A stretch of 64,000 nt of DNA, taken from NCBI RefSeq assembly GCF_006345805.1, contig NC_042997.1, positions 153,760,001 to 153,824,000 of the forward strand, read 5' to 3'. This DNA comes from Octopus sinensis (taxonomy: Eukaryota). The notes below the pieces were generated by a model. It was not told where the DNA came from, searched no databases, and was given only the letters and a program-made list of their open reading frames with translations. The translations under genes were made by a program, and so were the position numbers. Shown here piece by piece: positions 49,051 through 63,114 of the stretch. Each line of letters opens with the position of its first letter. Positions within the stretch are counted from its first letter, which is position 1.

Positions 49051-49413
49051 TTATTATATTAGATATGTTTAATTTCAGCTGAAGTGCATTTATATATATA
49101 TATACCCCACCCCCTGTGTGTGTGTGTGTATTAAAGAAAGCAAAAAATAATAGTGTTCAGTTATTGGTTTAGTATGCTGACCACAGGATTTCCTGTCCAA
49201 GAAAGTTGTACATCTCCCTCTTTCTTTCATATACCCACTCTTTCTCTCTCTTATTATTACTCCCATTGCCACCATCAATGTTACTACTTTTAATAAATTT
49301 CTTTCTCTCTCTCTTTATCTACTATTACTCTTACCCTAGCACGAGGAAGTGTCATTGAATAGTGAGAGAGCGGGTCAACAGAAACTAGTTTTCGCATTTA
49401 TTATATTAGATGG

Positions 49414-49873
49414 ACATGCATACATACATACATACATACATACATACATACATACATACATACATACATAACATACATACATACATAACATACATACATA
49501 CATGCATATATACATGCATACATACATGCATACATACATTCATACATACATTCGTACATACATACATTCATACATGCATACATTCATACATACATACATA
49601 CATACATACATACATACATACATACATACATACATACATACATAAATGTATGTTGTGATCTTGAACTTGGCAGGGGTCGTATGGCCCAATATACCGACAT
49701 TGTGGAGAATATACCGACAACTTTGCCCAAACGACCTTAACATTAGCTTCAAGGTTCATCCAAGACTGGGACCACGGGCCATACGACCCCTGCCCAGTTT
49801 TGGTCGAAACTTTGGTCGAAACATATCTAAGTTTATCTAAGTTTATCATACATACATAACATACATACATACA

Positions 49874-49904
<31 letters not shown>

Positions 49905-50140
49905 CATACATACATACATAACATACATACATACATAACATACATACATACATAACATACATACATACATAACATACATACATACATACATATATACATA
50001 CATACATACATACATACATACATACATACATAATATACATATATACATACATAACATACATACATACATACATACATACATACATAACATACATACATAC
50101 ATACATACATACATAACATACATACATACATGCACACACG

Positions 50141-50190
<50 letters not shown>

Positions 50191-50200
50191 CACACGTGCA
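49414..50200. repeat. (TACA)n microsatellite tracts interrupted by a small TIR element at 49664-49800
   Basis: Direct inspection. TIR caggggtcgtatggccc / gggccatacgacccctg. Confidence 0.85.
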
Positions 50201-51096
50201 TACTCTTTTACTCTTTACTCTTTTATTTGTTTCAGTCATTTGACTGCGGCCATGCTGGAGCACCGCCTTTAATCGAGCAACTCGACCCCGGGACTTATTC
50301 GTTTGTAAGCCCAGTACTTATTCTATCGGTCTCTTTTGCCGAACCGCTAAGTAACGGGGACATAAACACACAAGCATTGGTTGTCAAGCAATGCTAGGGG
50401 GACAAACACAAACACACAAACACACACATACATATATACATATATACGACGGGATTCTTTCAGTTTCCGTCTACCAAATCCACTCACAAGGCTTTGGTCA
50501 GCCCGAGGCTATAGTAGAAAACACTTGCTCAAGGTGCCACGCAGTGGGACTGTACCCAGAACCAAGTGATTGGTAAACAAGCTACTTACCACACAGCCAC
50601 TCTTGCGCCTATACATGCACGAAACAGATGAATCAAAGGAATTTTGATGAAATATAACATACAAACAGCAATCAAATTATAACATAGCTGTCATGATATT
50701 GTTTTGAGGACCACAAAATAAAACAATGTTCTATTATAGAAAATCAAGCGTCCACTTGACGGCATAACTGTGGTAAGAAAATGACATGGGGAAAGCAGAA
50801 GTGCATGGACAGTAAATGAGAAATAGGAAAATCCAAGATCTAGGAAATACTTTCAGCTTGAACACAATTCAAACACACACACACGTGTTAATAGACTGTG
50901 GCCATGTCATTAGACTGTGACCATGCTGGAGTACCGGCTTGAATTTTCAGTCGAACAAATCGACTCCAGTACTTACTTTTTTTTTCGAAAGCCTGGTACT
51001 TACTCTATTGGTCTTTTTTTTTTTGGCCGAACCGCTAACCTATAGGGACGTAAACACACCAGCACCGGTTGTCAAGCAGTGGTGGTGGTGGTGGGA

Positions 51097-51146
<50 letters not shown>

Positions 51147-51303
51147 AACATGCGACGGGTTTCTTTCAGTTTCCGTCTACCAAATCCACTCACAATGCTT
51201 TAATCGGCCCGAGGCTGTAGTAGAAGACACTTTGTGCAATGTGCCACGCAGTGGAACTGAACCCCAAACCATGTGGTTGGGAAGCAAGCTTCTTACCACA
51301 CAC
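50201..51303 (-). mobile_element. Two SINE family A copies (50201-50611, ~50893-51303)
   Basis: Family match. Confidence 0.82.
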
Positions 51304-51325
51304 ACACAAACACATAGACACACAG

Positions 51326-51363
<38 letters not shown>

Positions 51364-51424
51364 ACACACAGACACACACACAATACACACACAACACACA
51401 CACACATACATAAATACACACATA

Positions 51425-51645
51425 CACCAAGTGTGCTGAAAAGTTCCTTGCTTTAAGGATATCGTAAAGGGCCTGAGAGGAAGCTAAACCTCCCGAGTTC
51501 TTTTACGGGGCTTACAAAAAGTGAAGGACCGCTGCAATATGAGTGTGAATCTGAGAGAATAATCTTATGTTGAATAAAATCATAATTAACTGATCCTCCT
51601 GTATTTTCTTTTACCCAAAGCCAGGAGATTTTCAGCACCTCCTCG
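51425..51645 (-). mobile_element. ~220-bp mariner-type MITE
   Basis: Same family as 19145-19366, inverted. Confidence 0.8.
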
Positions 51646-52189
51646 TATACAAATATGCACATGTATATGTACATGTATATAAATCACTTATAAAATTTTG
51701 CATGCATAACTTTAGTTGTATATTTGTGAGGCGTAACTGCCTCGGCAATAAATTTGAGAAGAGAGGCTTGACAAAATTGAAAAGTCACGATAAATTCAAA
51801 CATTTTAACTACAAGCCATTAATAGAACTACATGTTACTAGCACTCTGTCGGTTACTAGGACGAGTGTTCCAGTTCATTCGATCAATGGAACAGCCTGCT
51901 CGTGAAATAAATGTACAAGTGGCTGAGTTCTCCGCAGACATGCATACCCTTAACGTAGTTCTAAGGGAGATTCGGCGTGACACAGAATGTCAGAAGGCTG
52001 GCCCTTTGAAATAGAGGTGCTACTCATTTTTGTCAGCTGAGTGGACTGGAGTAACGTGAAATAAAGCGTCTTGCTCAAGGATACAACTCGCTGTCGGGAA
52101 TCGAACTCACGACCTTACGATAGTTCTCGGCTGTTACGCATAGAGTACAGATGTGCAGTCTTGTATACTGGGATCGGATTTTCATTTTC

Positions 52190-52856
52190 ACCGAACGCAC
52201 TGAGCAGAGATATTGCATCAAGTTTTGCTAAAAGCTTGGTGATCTTCAAGCTCAAACAATCCACAAGATTTATCAGGCTTTTAGCTATGGTGCACCATAG
52301 GCAAAACTCAGATCAAAGAATGGTACAACAGATTCAAACATAGCCGATCCTCAGTGGAGAACAAAACATGCTCAAACAGGCCACCCATAAGCCGAAACGA
52401 AGAGCAGATTGAGAAGGTTCGGTGAATAGTCATGGAAGACTGTTGTGTAATAACTCAAGAAATTTGTCACGAAGTGGGAATAAGCATAGGATCAGTGCAT
52501 CCCATTTTAACGGAGGATTTGTGCATGCAGAGAGTATCGGCGCAATTCGTCCCTATGGTGCTGGGCGGAGCAGCAGAAGTAACTCCGCGTGGAAATCGCC
52601 CAGGACAGGCTCGACTGTACAAACCATGCCTCGACTTCATGAAAAATATCATTATTGGTAATGAGACACGGGTTTGTGGTCTCTACTCAACGCGTTCGCT
52701 TACTTTACGTGGAAACAAAAATCCAACGAGCGGGCACGAAAATGTTCGCGCTAGAGCAAGAAGGGTGGCGTTATCACCCAACCAAGGGATTTTGCCCACG
52801 CAGCATTAGTATTGGCGGTAAAAAATAAAGTCGAGCACTTTTTGAACGCACCCCGT
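52190..52856 (+). mobile_element. Internally deleted mariner relic
   Basis: EQRYCIKFC*KLG...KTQIKEWYNRFK, EVGISIGSVHPILTEDLCMQRVSAQFVP and IIIGNETRV. Right TIR cactttttgaacgcaccccg|ta. Confidence 0.8.
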
Positions 52857-53019
52857 ACATACATACATACATATATTCATTTGTGCATATAAATATATAC
52901 ATACCAGTGATTATTGGCGCACTAAGTACCAGTATTGAAAAATTAGGATTCTCAAAACCTGAAAGGAGCAAGCTGATTCGAAGACTGCAGATCTCTAACC
53001 AACCCTCCCCTCCTTCAAA

Positions 53020-54215
53020 ATGAGCACACGACCTACGAGGCCTCTTGGTCCACAGCTTCTTCCCTAATCCAACCTCCCGACCCGGCTCGTTCCCCTGCTC
53101 CCGACCATGCTGCCGCACTTGCCCATACCTCTCCAGCACCACCCTCCTCACAGGCACCCATCATCAACCCTATCCTATCACTGACTCCTTCACCTGCACG
53201 TCTAGCAACGTCATCTACTGCATCTCCTGCTCTATCTGTCCTTCTCTATACACCGGTCAAACGGGACGCCGCTTAGCTGACCGGTTCGCAGAACACCGTC
53301 GAGACATCAGACTCGGCAACGACACCCCGGTCTCGCGCCATTTCCGCTCTATCGGTCACTCTTTACAGCACTGTCTTTGTTCGGATTGTCCTTGCACAGG
53401 GACCATCCGGACTCCCGTTTGCGCCGTGAACACGAATTAATCTTCTCTTCGCTCCTTTGCACCATATGGACTCAACTCTCCTCCCTCTTCATCTAACCCT
53501 CCTCCTCTCTCCTCTCTTCCTCTCACACCTACTTTCTCCCACCCACCTCTCCTCTCTTGCTCTGGCACCTACTTCCTCTCTTCACTCCTACCACCTTCTC
53601 CCCTCCACCCTGTCCCTTCATCGTTACCCACTCCCTCGTTACCCCACCCCTACGCATTCCAACCCCACCATCCCTATACATCCCATCTCACCCACCCCAT
53701 CCCTTAGACCCCACCCTTGCTCCCTTACTCTTGCCTCCTCCACACCGCAATACCACCACACCACACCACCACACCACACCATCATACCACACACCACCAT
53801 ACTACACCACACCACCCCGTAACACTAGCACTGACCACTTCAGAGCACCCACACCATCATCCACACACCTACACATGCACACACGCACACGTCAAGGTCA
53901 CCAGCCCCCTTCCACACGTACATAGTACACGCCCTCACATACACACACATGCGCACTTTCGTTTTGGGATCACCACTACTTTATTATCTCCCCTTCTTCC
54001 TAGCTCTCCTGTGTGACCCCTCTATCCGGCATTCGCCATGATAGATCGCTAGCCACAAAACCTTTTTCTATTTTCTCTCTCTTGTTTCTTTCTGTGTTAC
54101 TTTCTGTCGAAGAGTGTAGGCTCGAAACGTAAAAGACTTTCTCACTTCCCGAGCATTAAACTAATACATCTGTTTGTTGTTTACATTCCCGTCTTCCTTT
54201 TTTGTAAATTCTCAC
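53020..54215 (+). mobile_element. 5'-truncated Penelope-like element: GIY-YIG endonuclease, pyrimidine-rich 3' UTR, pLTR
   Basis: LLVHS...PCSRPCCRTC...FTCTSSNVIYCISCSICPSLYTGQTGRRLADRFAEH...PVSRHF is a PLE-type GIY-YIG with Cys-rich linker. It is frameshifted near the C-terminus. Confidence 0.85.
54100..54135 (+). ncRNA. Minimal type I hammerhead ribozyme motif in PLE 3' region
   Basis: CUUU-CUGUCGA-a-GAG-uguagg-CUC-GAAA-CG-UA-AAAG. Helix I CUUU/AAAG, helix II 3 bp, palindromic ACGU, GUA triplet. A6 is non-consensus. Confidence 0.6.
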
Positions 54216-54407
54216 CATACATAAAACAAAACATATAAATCTGCATATGCACTGGCTTCAAATATCGCACACATACACACATAAATGCAAAAAACACCTG
54301 TTGATGTTATTGACAGAGCCTTGGTTTTAGGTCAAAAATCGGCTCTATCTCTCTATTGCCATGAAATCTTGAAATAAAACTGAATAATGACATACATATA
54401 TTCACTC

Positions 54408-54746
<339 letters not shown>

Positions 54747-55282
54747 AAGGCTATCTAGTAATTGACATTAAAATTAAAGAGTCTTGTTTTTGGGTTAATT
54801 GTCGGCTTTTTTTCTCGGTCTGAGAAATTTTGCAAATACAACCAGACTTATCTGCAAACATACGCAAGTATGTATCTGTACACACGTACACACAAACACA
54901 CATAACTATATAATACATATGCACTTACATACATACAAACATACTTACACATAGATACATACATATGTACACACGCACACACACACACACACACAAGAGG
55001 CCTGTCGTATATATGTATATATATATATATGTATGTGTGTGTACGTGTTTGTGTGTCTCTGTTTGTCTCCCTAGCATTGCTTGACAACCGATGCTGGTGT
55101 GTTTACGTCCCCGTCACTTAGCGGTTCGGCAAAAGGGTCCGATAGAATGAGTACTGGGCTTACAAAGAATAAGTCCCGGGATCGATTTGCTCGACTAAAA
55201 GGCGGTGCTCCGGCATGGCCGCAGTCAGATGACTGAAACAAGTTAAAGAGTAAGTGTATATATATATATATATATATATATA

Positions 55283-55493
55283 CAGGGTGTCCCAGAAGTC
55301 ACGCACCATTCTGGTATTCATTTAAAATAATTAAAGCATTTTATTTAGTTATATTTTCTTCTGTATGTTTTATTGTAGAGGGTGCTCAATTTGAGCATTT
55401 GTTATGATTAATTTCAATAAGGTGTTTTTGAAATCAGTAAGGGTGTATTCTTTTAAAAAAACCAGGGTGGTGCGCGACTTCTGGGGCACCTTG
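55283..55493. mobile_element. Tc1/mariner-type MITE in (TA)n
   Basis: TIR cagggtgtcccagaagtcacgcacca / tggtgcgcgacttctggggcaccttg with TA flanks. Confidence 0.8.
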
Positions 55494-55705
55494 TATATAT
55501 ATATATAACAAATATACATACATATATAATATATATATATATATTTTTATTTTATAGAAGGAGCTTCTACAGGACTATGTATTGAGTACCTTATTTACTG
55601 TGGTTAACCCCGACTCAACCCGGGACCTACATATATATATATACTATATAATATATATATATAGATATATAATATATATATAATATATATATAGGATATA
55701 TAATA

Positions 55706-55737
<32 letters not shown>

Positions 55738-55944
55738 CGTATATACATCTATGTATATATACAGACATATATATAAATATATATATAAATATATATATGT
55801 ATGTATATGTATATGCATATATATATGCATATATATATGTATATATATATGTGTATATATATATATGCATATATATATATATGTATATATATATATGCAT
55901 ATATATATATATATACATACACATATATACACACATTCATATAT

Positions 55945-56135
55945 AGTTTTTTATTCTTTTACTGGTTTCCGTCATTTGATTGCGGCCATGCTGGAGCACC
56001 GCCTTTAGTCGAACGAATCGACCCCAGCACTTATTCTTTGTAAGACCTAGTACTTATTCTATGGTCGATGCTAGTTACGGGGACGTAAACACCACCGCAT
56101 CGGTTGTCAAGTGATGATGGGGTGCAACAGACGCC

Positions 56136-56233
<98 letters not shown>

Positions 56234-56681
56234 TTATATACATATATATTATATATATGCATGTATGTTTGTGTGTGTAATATATATATATATGACGGGC
56301 TTCTTTCAGTTTCCGTCTACCAAATCTATTCACAAGGTTTTGGTCGACCCGAAGCTAAGCAGAAGACATTTGCCCAAGGGTCCACGCAGTGGGAGTGAAC
56401 CCGGGACCATGTGGTTGGTAAACAAGCCACTTACCACACAGCCACTCCGGCGCCTATGTATGTGTGTGGTAGATACGTTAGCACGCCGGGCGAAATGCGT
56501 AGCCGTATTTCGTCTGCCGTTACGTTCTGGGTTCATATTTTGCCGAGGTCGACTTTGCTTTCATCCTTGGGGTCGATAAATTAAGTACCAGTTACGCACT
56601 GGGGCCGATCTAATCGACTTACTTAATTCGTTTGTCTGTCCTTGTTGTCCCTCTGTGTTTAGCCCCTTGTGGGTAGTAAAG

Positions 56682-56685
<4 letters not shown>
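55945..56685. mobile_element. SINE A (minus, 55945-56457) followed by SINE B (plus, ~56472-56685)
   Basis: Family matches. Confidence 0.8.
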
Positions 56686-56721
<36 letters not shown>

Positions 56722-56774
56722 TATAGATGAGAGAAGAGAGCGGAGAGTGAGAGAGAGAGATGAGAGAGAGAAGG

Positions 56775-56807
<33 letters not shown>

Positions 56808-56985
56808 TCAGTCAGACAGACAGACAGACAGACATACAGACAGACAGACAGATAGATAGATAGATAGATAGACATACATACATACATACGTACACACGTA
56901 CACAAATACAGACATACACACAAACATACGTATATATAAATAAAAAAACCCACATGCGTATCTACACACACACACACACACAACA

Positions 56986-57031
<46 letters not shown>

Positions 57032-57294
57032 TATACAGATATACACGCATACATATGCGTACGTTCGTAGGTGCAAAACATGTTATTCATAGTGTTGTTT
57101 AGATCCGGTATTGGCAACCAATTGTTTCTTTTTGTAAGAGAGAAAAATGAAATCATTGGAAAACAGCTGACGGTCAGTGACTGAGGGTGCGTGGGGGAAA
57201 AAAACATGACAAAGGGGGTTGCTATATGGTTACTGTAGCTGTTGCTATTGCTGAGCCGTTGCTGTTGTTACTGTTGTTTGCCGCCGCTTCTACA

Positions 57295-58031
57295 TCACTA
57301 CCATACCACTACCACATCCCACCACCACATCATACCACCGCACCCCACCACACCACACAACACCGCACTATCACAACCACCATCAGCTACTACGACTACT
57401 ACTACTACTACTACTACTACTACAACCACCACACCACTACACCATACTACTACTACTATTAATACTACACTACTACCACCACTACTACCTACATCCACCA
57501 CCACCAACACTACTACTACTAACTACCACCACCACCACCAACAACACACTTACTACTACTACCACCCCACACCAACACTACTATCTACTACACTACCACC
57601 ACCACCACCACCAACACTACTACTACTACCACCACCACCACCAACACTACTACTACTTCCACTACTACCATACACCACCACCACCACCATAATACTACTA
57701 CCACCACCACCACCACCAACACTACTACTACTCCTTACACACCACCCCCACACAACAACTCTCCTACTAATACTACTCCCACACCCACCAACATAACTTA
57801 CTACTACTACTACTACCACCACCATCACCACCAACACTACTACTACTACCACCACCACCACCAACACTACTACTACTTCTACTACTACCATCACCACCAC
57901 CACCACCAACACTACTACTACTACCACCACCACCACCACCACCAACACTACTACTACTACTACCACCACCACCACCAACAAACTACTACTACTACTACAC
58001 TACTACTACTACCACCACCACCACCACCACC

Positions 58032-58068
<37 letters not shown>

Positions 58069-58072
58069 TACT
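57295..58072. repeat. Compound (ACC)n/(ACT)n trinucleotide low-complexity array
   Basis: Alternating accacc.../actact... blocks with a recurring caacactactact junction. Confidence 0.9.
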
Positions 58073-58100
58073 ACGAATATGTAAAGTTGTCATTTTGCTT

Positions 58101-58140
<40 letters not shown>

Positions 58141-58238
58141 TGAGTGCGCATGTGTGAGTGTTTGTGAGCATGTGTGTGTGTCTGTGTGTCTACAACTAGC
58201 GTATGTGTTTGTATATAATGTATACATAGTTCTATATA

Positions 58239-58596
58239 CAAAGGGGCGTTGAAAAGGTCCTGGCTTTAAGGATTGTGAAAGGGGAGGTGAGCCCAACCTT
58301 CGGAGTTCATTTGCAGGGCTTACATAAACTGAAGGATAGCTGTAATAAAGTGTGTGAATCCGAGAGGGTAATATCTCATTTACTTGTTTCAGTCATTTGA
58401 CTGCGGCCATGCTGGAGCACCGCCTTTTAGTCGAGCAAATCGACCCCGGGACTTATTCTTTGTAAGCCCAGTACTTATTCTATCGGTCTCTTTCGCCGAA
58501 CCGCTAGGTGACGGGGACGTAAACACCAGCATCGGTTGTCAAGGGATGTTGGGAGAACAAACACAGACAAACAAACATACCCCCCCCCACACATAT

Positions 58597-58652
<56 letters not shown>

Positions 58653-58876
58653 CGACAGGCTTCTTTCAGTTTCCGTCTAACAATCCACTCACGAGGCTAT
58701 AGCAGAAGACACTTGCCCAAGATGCCACGCAGTGGTACTGAACCTGGAACCATGTGGTTGGTAAGCAAGCTACTTACCACACAGCCACTCCTGCGCCTAT
58801 GTTGAATAAAATCATAATAAACTGATCCTCCTGTATTTTCTTTTACCCAAAGCCAGGAACTTTTCGTCACCCGCTG
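58239..58876 (-). mobile_element. Mariner-type MITE interrupted by a SINE A (58375-58798)
   Basis: The MITE halves rejoin as gagrggkaatat|gttgaataaaatc, with a short TAT duplication at the SINE borders. Confidence 0.8.
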
Positions 58877-58886
58877 GTGTGTGTGC

Positions 58887-58922
<36 letters not shown>

Positions 58923-58929
58923 ATGTGTG

Positions 58930-58961
<32 letters not shown>

Positions 58962-59265
58962 AACACACACACACATACACACACACACACACAAACAAAC
59001 ACACACACACACGCATACACACACACGCACACACGCACACACATATATATATATAGGCACAGCAAGACTGTGTGGTAAGTGGCTAGCTTGGTCGGCCCCA
59101 AGCTATAGCAGAAGACATTTGCCCATGGTTCCGGATTCAATCCCATTGTGTGGCACCTTGGGCAAGTGTCTTCTACACGAGCTCAGGCCGACCAAAGCCT
59201 TGTAAGTGGATTTGGTAGACGGAAACTGAAAGAAGCCCGTCGAGCATATGCATATATATATATAG

Positions 59266-59310
<45 letters not shown>

Positions 59311-59322
59311 TAATTATATATA

Positions 59323-59525
59323 TTATATAAAAGGGCTTAAAAAATTAATTACTTTGCCGACATACTGAACTCATTAGAGTTCTAATGATTCAGTATGCAC
59401 GGCAATAATTTATTTTACTAAGCCCTTTTATATAAGTAATAATTTGAATTCGCCTTGAATGGATCCGGCATACTGAACACTTGGTGAAATTGATTAATAA
59501 TTAATTAATTTTGCCCTCAGTTGGT
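59323..59525. mobile_element. (TA)n-embedded foldback element inside a SINE A (59055-59820)
   Basis: Palindrome at 59323-59435, then a tail ending ttgccctcag. (TA)n flanks. Confidence 0.6.
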
Positions 59526-60027
59526 ATATATAGTATATATATATATATATATATATATAGTATATATATATATTATATATATATATATATGTATGTATGT
59601 GTGTGCATATGTTTGGTGGTGTTTGTGTTTGTCCCCCTAACATCGCTTGACAACCGATGCTGGTGGGTTTACGTCCCCGAAACCTAGCAGTTCGGAAAAA
59701 GAGAAAGACAGAATAAGTACTAGGCTCACAAAGAATAAATCCGGTGGTCGATTTGTTCGACTAAAGGCAGTGCTCCAACATGGCCACGGCCAAATGACTG
59801 AAACAAGTAAAAGAATAAAAGATTAGAAATACATGTATTAAATTTGTGTACGGTAAAACGCTTTGAATATGCAAATAATGCTCCTATTCCAGTATATTCG
59901 TCATTATGTGTAAACGCGCTCAGCAATGCATTAAAATATATTTTAATATAAGAATTTTTGTTATTATTTAATAAATGTATATCTGTATACATACATTCAT
60001 AGATATACGTATATATGTATATTTACA

Positions 60028-60350
60028 TTTCTTTATTGCCCACAAGGGGCTAAACATAGAGGGGACAAACAAGGACAGACAAACGGATTAAGTCGATTAC
60101 ATCGACCCCAGTGCGTAACTGGTACTTAATTTATCGGTCCCCGAAAGGATGAAAGCAAAGTCGACCTCGGCGGAATTTGAACTCAGAACGTAAAGACAGA
60201 CGTAATACCTATTTCTTTACTACCCACAAGGGGCTAAACACAGTTGGGACAAACAAGGACAGACAAACGGATTAAGTCGATCACATCGACCCCAGTGCGT
60301 AACTGGTACTTAATTTATCGACCCCGAAAGGATGAAAGGCAAAGTCGACC
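60028..60350 (-). mobile_element. SINE family B tandem dimer, young
   Basis: Two near-identical units. Confidence 0.85.
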
Positions 60351-60400
60351 TATGTATATTTAATATATATGTATAAATGCATGTGTAAGCGTATGTACAT

Positions 60401-60439
<39 letters not shown>

Positions 60440-60799
60440 GTATGTGTGTACATATGTATGTAAAGTTTGTGTGCATGTCATTATTGAGCTTTATTTCAAG
60501 ATTTCTTTCCAGTAGGGAAGGAGCTGGTTTCTAACCTATATCCAAAGCTCCTTCACTGGAATTTCAACATCATCAGGATATTTTTGTATGTATCTACATG
60601 TGCAGATGCATATGTTTTGTTTATATATGTATTCGCATGCATATAATTGCATATCTTAATATACACATGTATGTATGTATGTATGTATGTATGTATGTAT
60701 GTATGTATGTATGTATGTATTATGTATGTATGTATGCATGCATGTATGTATGTGTGTGTATGTGTGGTTGTGTGTATGTATGTATGTATGTATGTATGT

Positions 60800-61158
60800 A
60801 GCTTTTGTTAGGGCATCCTTCTAGGAGAAGGTAACTCAGGTAATTGGGATAACTCCGACATAAAACCTGCGGCTCAGTCGTTACCGATGATGTTGACTTT
60901 TTCTTCTTTTCGGATTATGGCTGCTGTTGCTTAGTGAGTGGGATTGACTCAGTGCACAGCTTTTCCTCACTTTAAAAAAATCTTGCACAGGCATTGCACG
61001 ATAGCAACATTGCTCAAGATTGTTGATAGTGCTGTGAGTCTCAACTGAATGGCTGGCTGTAGCCTTAAAAAGCAAATAAAAGTCACATTCGATCACAGCA
61101 CCAAGAACAGATAAGCTTACTGCAATGGCCATACTCGATAACGAGGGCGCAGCCATCA
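60800..61158 (+). mobile_element. Unclassified retro-like insertion in (TATG)n
   Basis: Non-microsatellite block with gggcatccttctaggagaaggtaactc (reminiscent of RTE 5' UTRs), flanked by duplicated compound microsatellite. Confidence 0.4.
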
Positions 61159-61507
61159 TGTATGTATGTATGTATGTATGTATGTATGTATGTATGTATG
61201 TATGTATGTATGTATGAATGTATGTATGCATGCAAGTATGTATGTGTGTGTGTATGTGTGGTTGTGTGTATGTATGTATGTATGTATGTATGTATGTATG
61301 TATGTAGTATGTATGTATGCATGCATGTATGTGTGTTGTATGTATGTATGTATGTATGTATGTATGTATGTATGTATGTATATATGTATGTATGTATGTA
61401 TACATATACACACATACATATGTTGCGCAGAATAAATTTTCTCAACAATTCACCACGCGGAGTTTTTTCTCGAATCTTTTTACGATGCATAAGTATGTGC
61501 GCATCTG

Positions 61508-61684
61508 GTGACCGGTAATAAACTCTCAGGAAAAAAAGTCACCGTATTAAAGTCTCACTTTTGGCAAGGAAAAAAAGTCACAATTAATTTATGGGATCCG
61601 GACAAATCCCCTCGGACAACCTCCACTCCAGGAAAAAAAAACCCTGTGAATTTTTTCCTGTGACTTTTTTTTTTACCTGGATTC
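61508..61684. mobile_element. MULE/Foldback-type MITE with 9-bp TSD
   Basis: TSD GCGCATCTG at 61499-61507 and 61685-61693. Internal ggaaaaaaagtcac subrepeats are mirrored as gtgacttttttt. Confidence 0.7.
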
Positions 61685-62644
61685 GCGCATCTGTTTGAAT
61701 TACAATTTCCAATATAACAAATTCTATTTCATCTTAAAAACTTTGTGTACGCATACCTTTTATCCCTTTTCCCTTGTGTGCTAGTTGTAAAACATCTGTG
61801 CGTGCGCACAGACGCAAAGTCCAGTGGCAACATTAGAGAGAAAAGACTTGTCTGCGTGGGCAACTGTCAGTCTTTTTCAAATAATCTTGGTCAAGCTTGC
61901 ATATGCAAGTGCAGATACATGCTCAGCTTTGTTCGACAGAGATTCTCTCTATCCATAAGCATAACCAGAGAGTGTGCCGCCCGTTGTATCCCCTGAGTTT
62001 TCCGTTCCTCACCTCCCATATAGGCTTATAAAAGCTAACCCAAATAGCGGACCCCATAAAAGCGTTACCTGGAGCGGACCGTCCTCATCGCCCCTGCTTT
62101 GCTACGCTATTCTCTTTATGTATAAGGACATATAAAAAAAACAAAAACAATCTCAAAAAAGTTTAAACGAAAACAGAGCCATTTCTTCTGAGTAGGACAT
62201 TAACCTTCCCCGCGCCAGGACAATTACCCCTGAGGACTACAGATGACGATTTAAAACTTCTTGATATATTGGAGAGGGGGTGTAATTAACCAAGGGGAAA
62301 AATTGTCCTAGGGGGTAGTTATATCGTCTATAAAGCATGGTCAACCTAGCATTTCATTGATACAGAATCGAAACAAGGTATATTTGTAACATTGTTAGTT
62401 GGACGGGATAGGTTGTGTTATCCTCCTCACGTTCTGACGACAATGCCTGAGATGACACTGGTAGCCAGTTGTATCGGCCCTGGTTCTTTGCTTGGACAAC
62501 GCCAGTGACGTAAAGGAAAGCAGCTTCTATGTACGAGTAACATGCATGGAAGGTAACGTCCATGTATGAGTAACGTTGTCTTGGCATGATCGCCGGAGGG
62601 GAATTTTTCCAGGCGCTGGTCCATAGCCTCATGAGATATATATA

Positions 62645-62894
62645 CACTCTTTTACTCTTTACTATTTTACTTGTTTCAGTCATTTGACTGCAGCCATGCT
62701 GGAGCACCGCCTTTAATCGAGCAACTCGACCCCGGGACTTATTCTTTGTAAGCCCAGTACTTATTCTATCGGTCTCTTTACCGAACCGCTAAGTGACGTA
62801 GACATAAACACACCAGCATCGGTTGTCAAGAGATGTTGGGGTAGGGTGGGGAGACAAACACAGATATACAAACTCACACACACACACACACACA

Positions 62895-62942
<48 letters not shown>

Positions 62943-63114
62943 CATATATACGACGGGCTTCTTTCAGTTTCCGTCTACCAAATCCACTCACAAGGCTTTG
63001 GTCGGGTCGAGGCTATAGTAGAAGACACTTGCCCAAGGTGCCAGGCAGTGGGACTGAACCCGGAACCATGTGGTTGGTAAACAAGCTACTTACCACACAG
63101 CCACTCCTGCGCCT
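62645..63114 (-). mobile_element. SINE family A, full length
   Basis: Family match from tail (ctcttttactc) to head (cctgcgcc). Confidence 0.88.

Noticed and set aside
49401-50263. MYVC/HTYI/IYLS/YIYI repeat ORFs here and throughout the window
   Set aside because: Translations of (TACA)n, (GATA)n, (TA)n and (CA)n microsatellites.
57187-57981. Thr/Pro/His/Val-rich ORFs (mucin- or extensin-like)
   Set aside because: Open frames arise from (ACC)/(ACT) microsatellite, with no splice or domain evidence.
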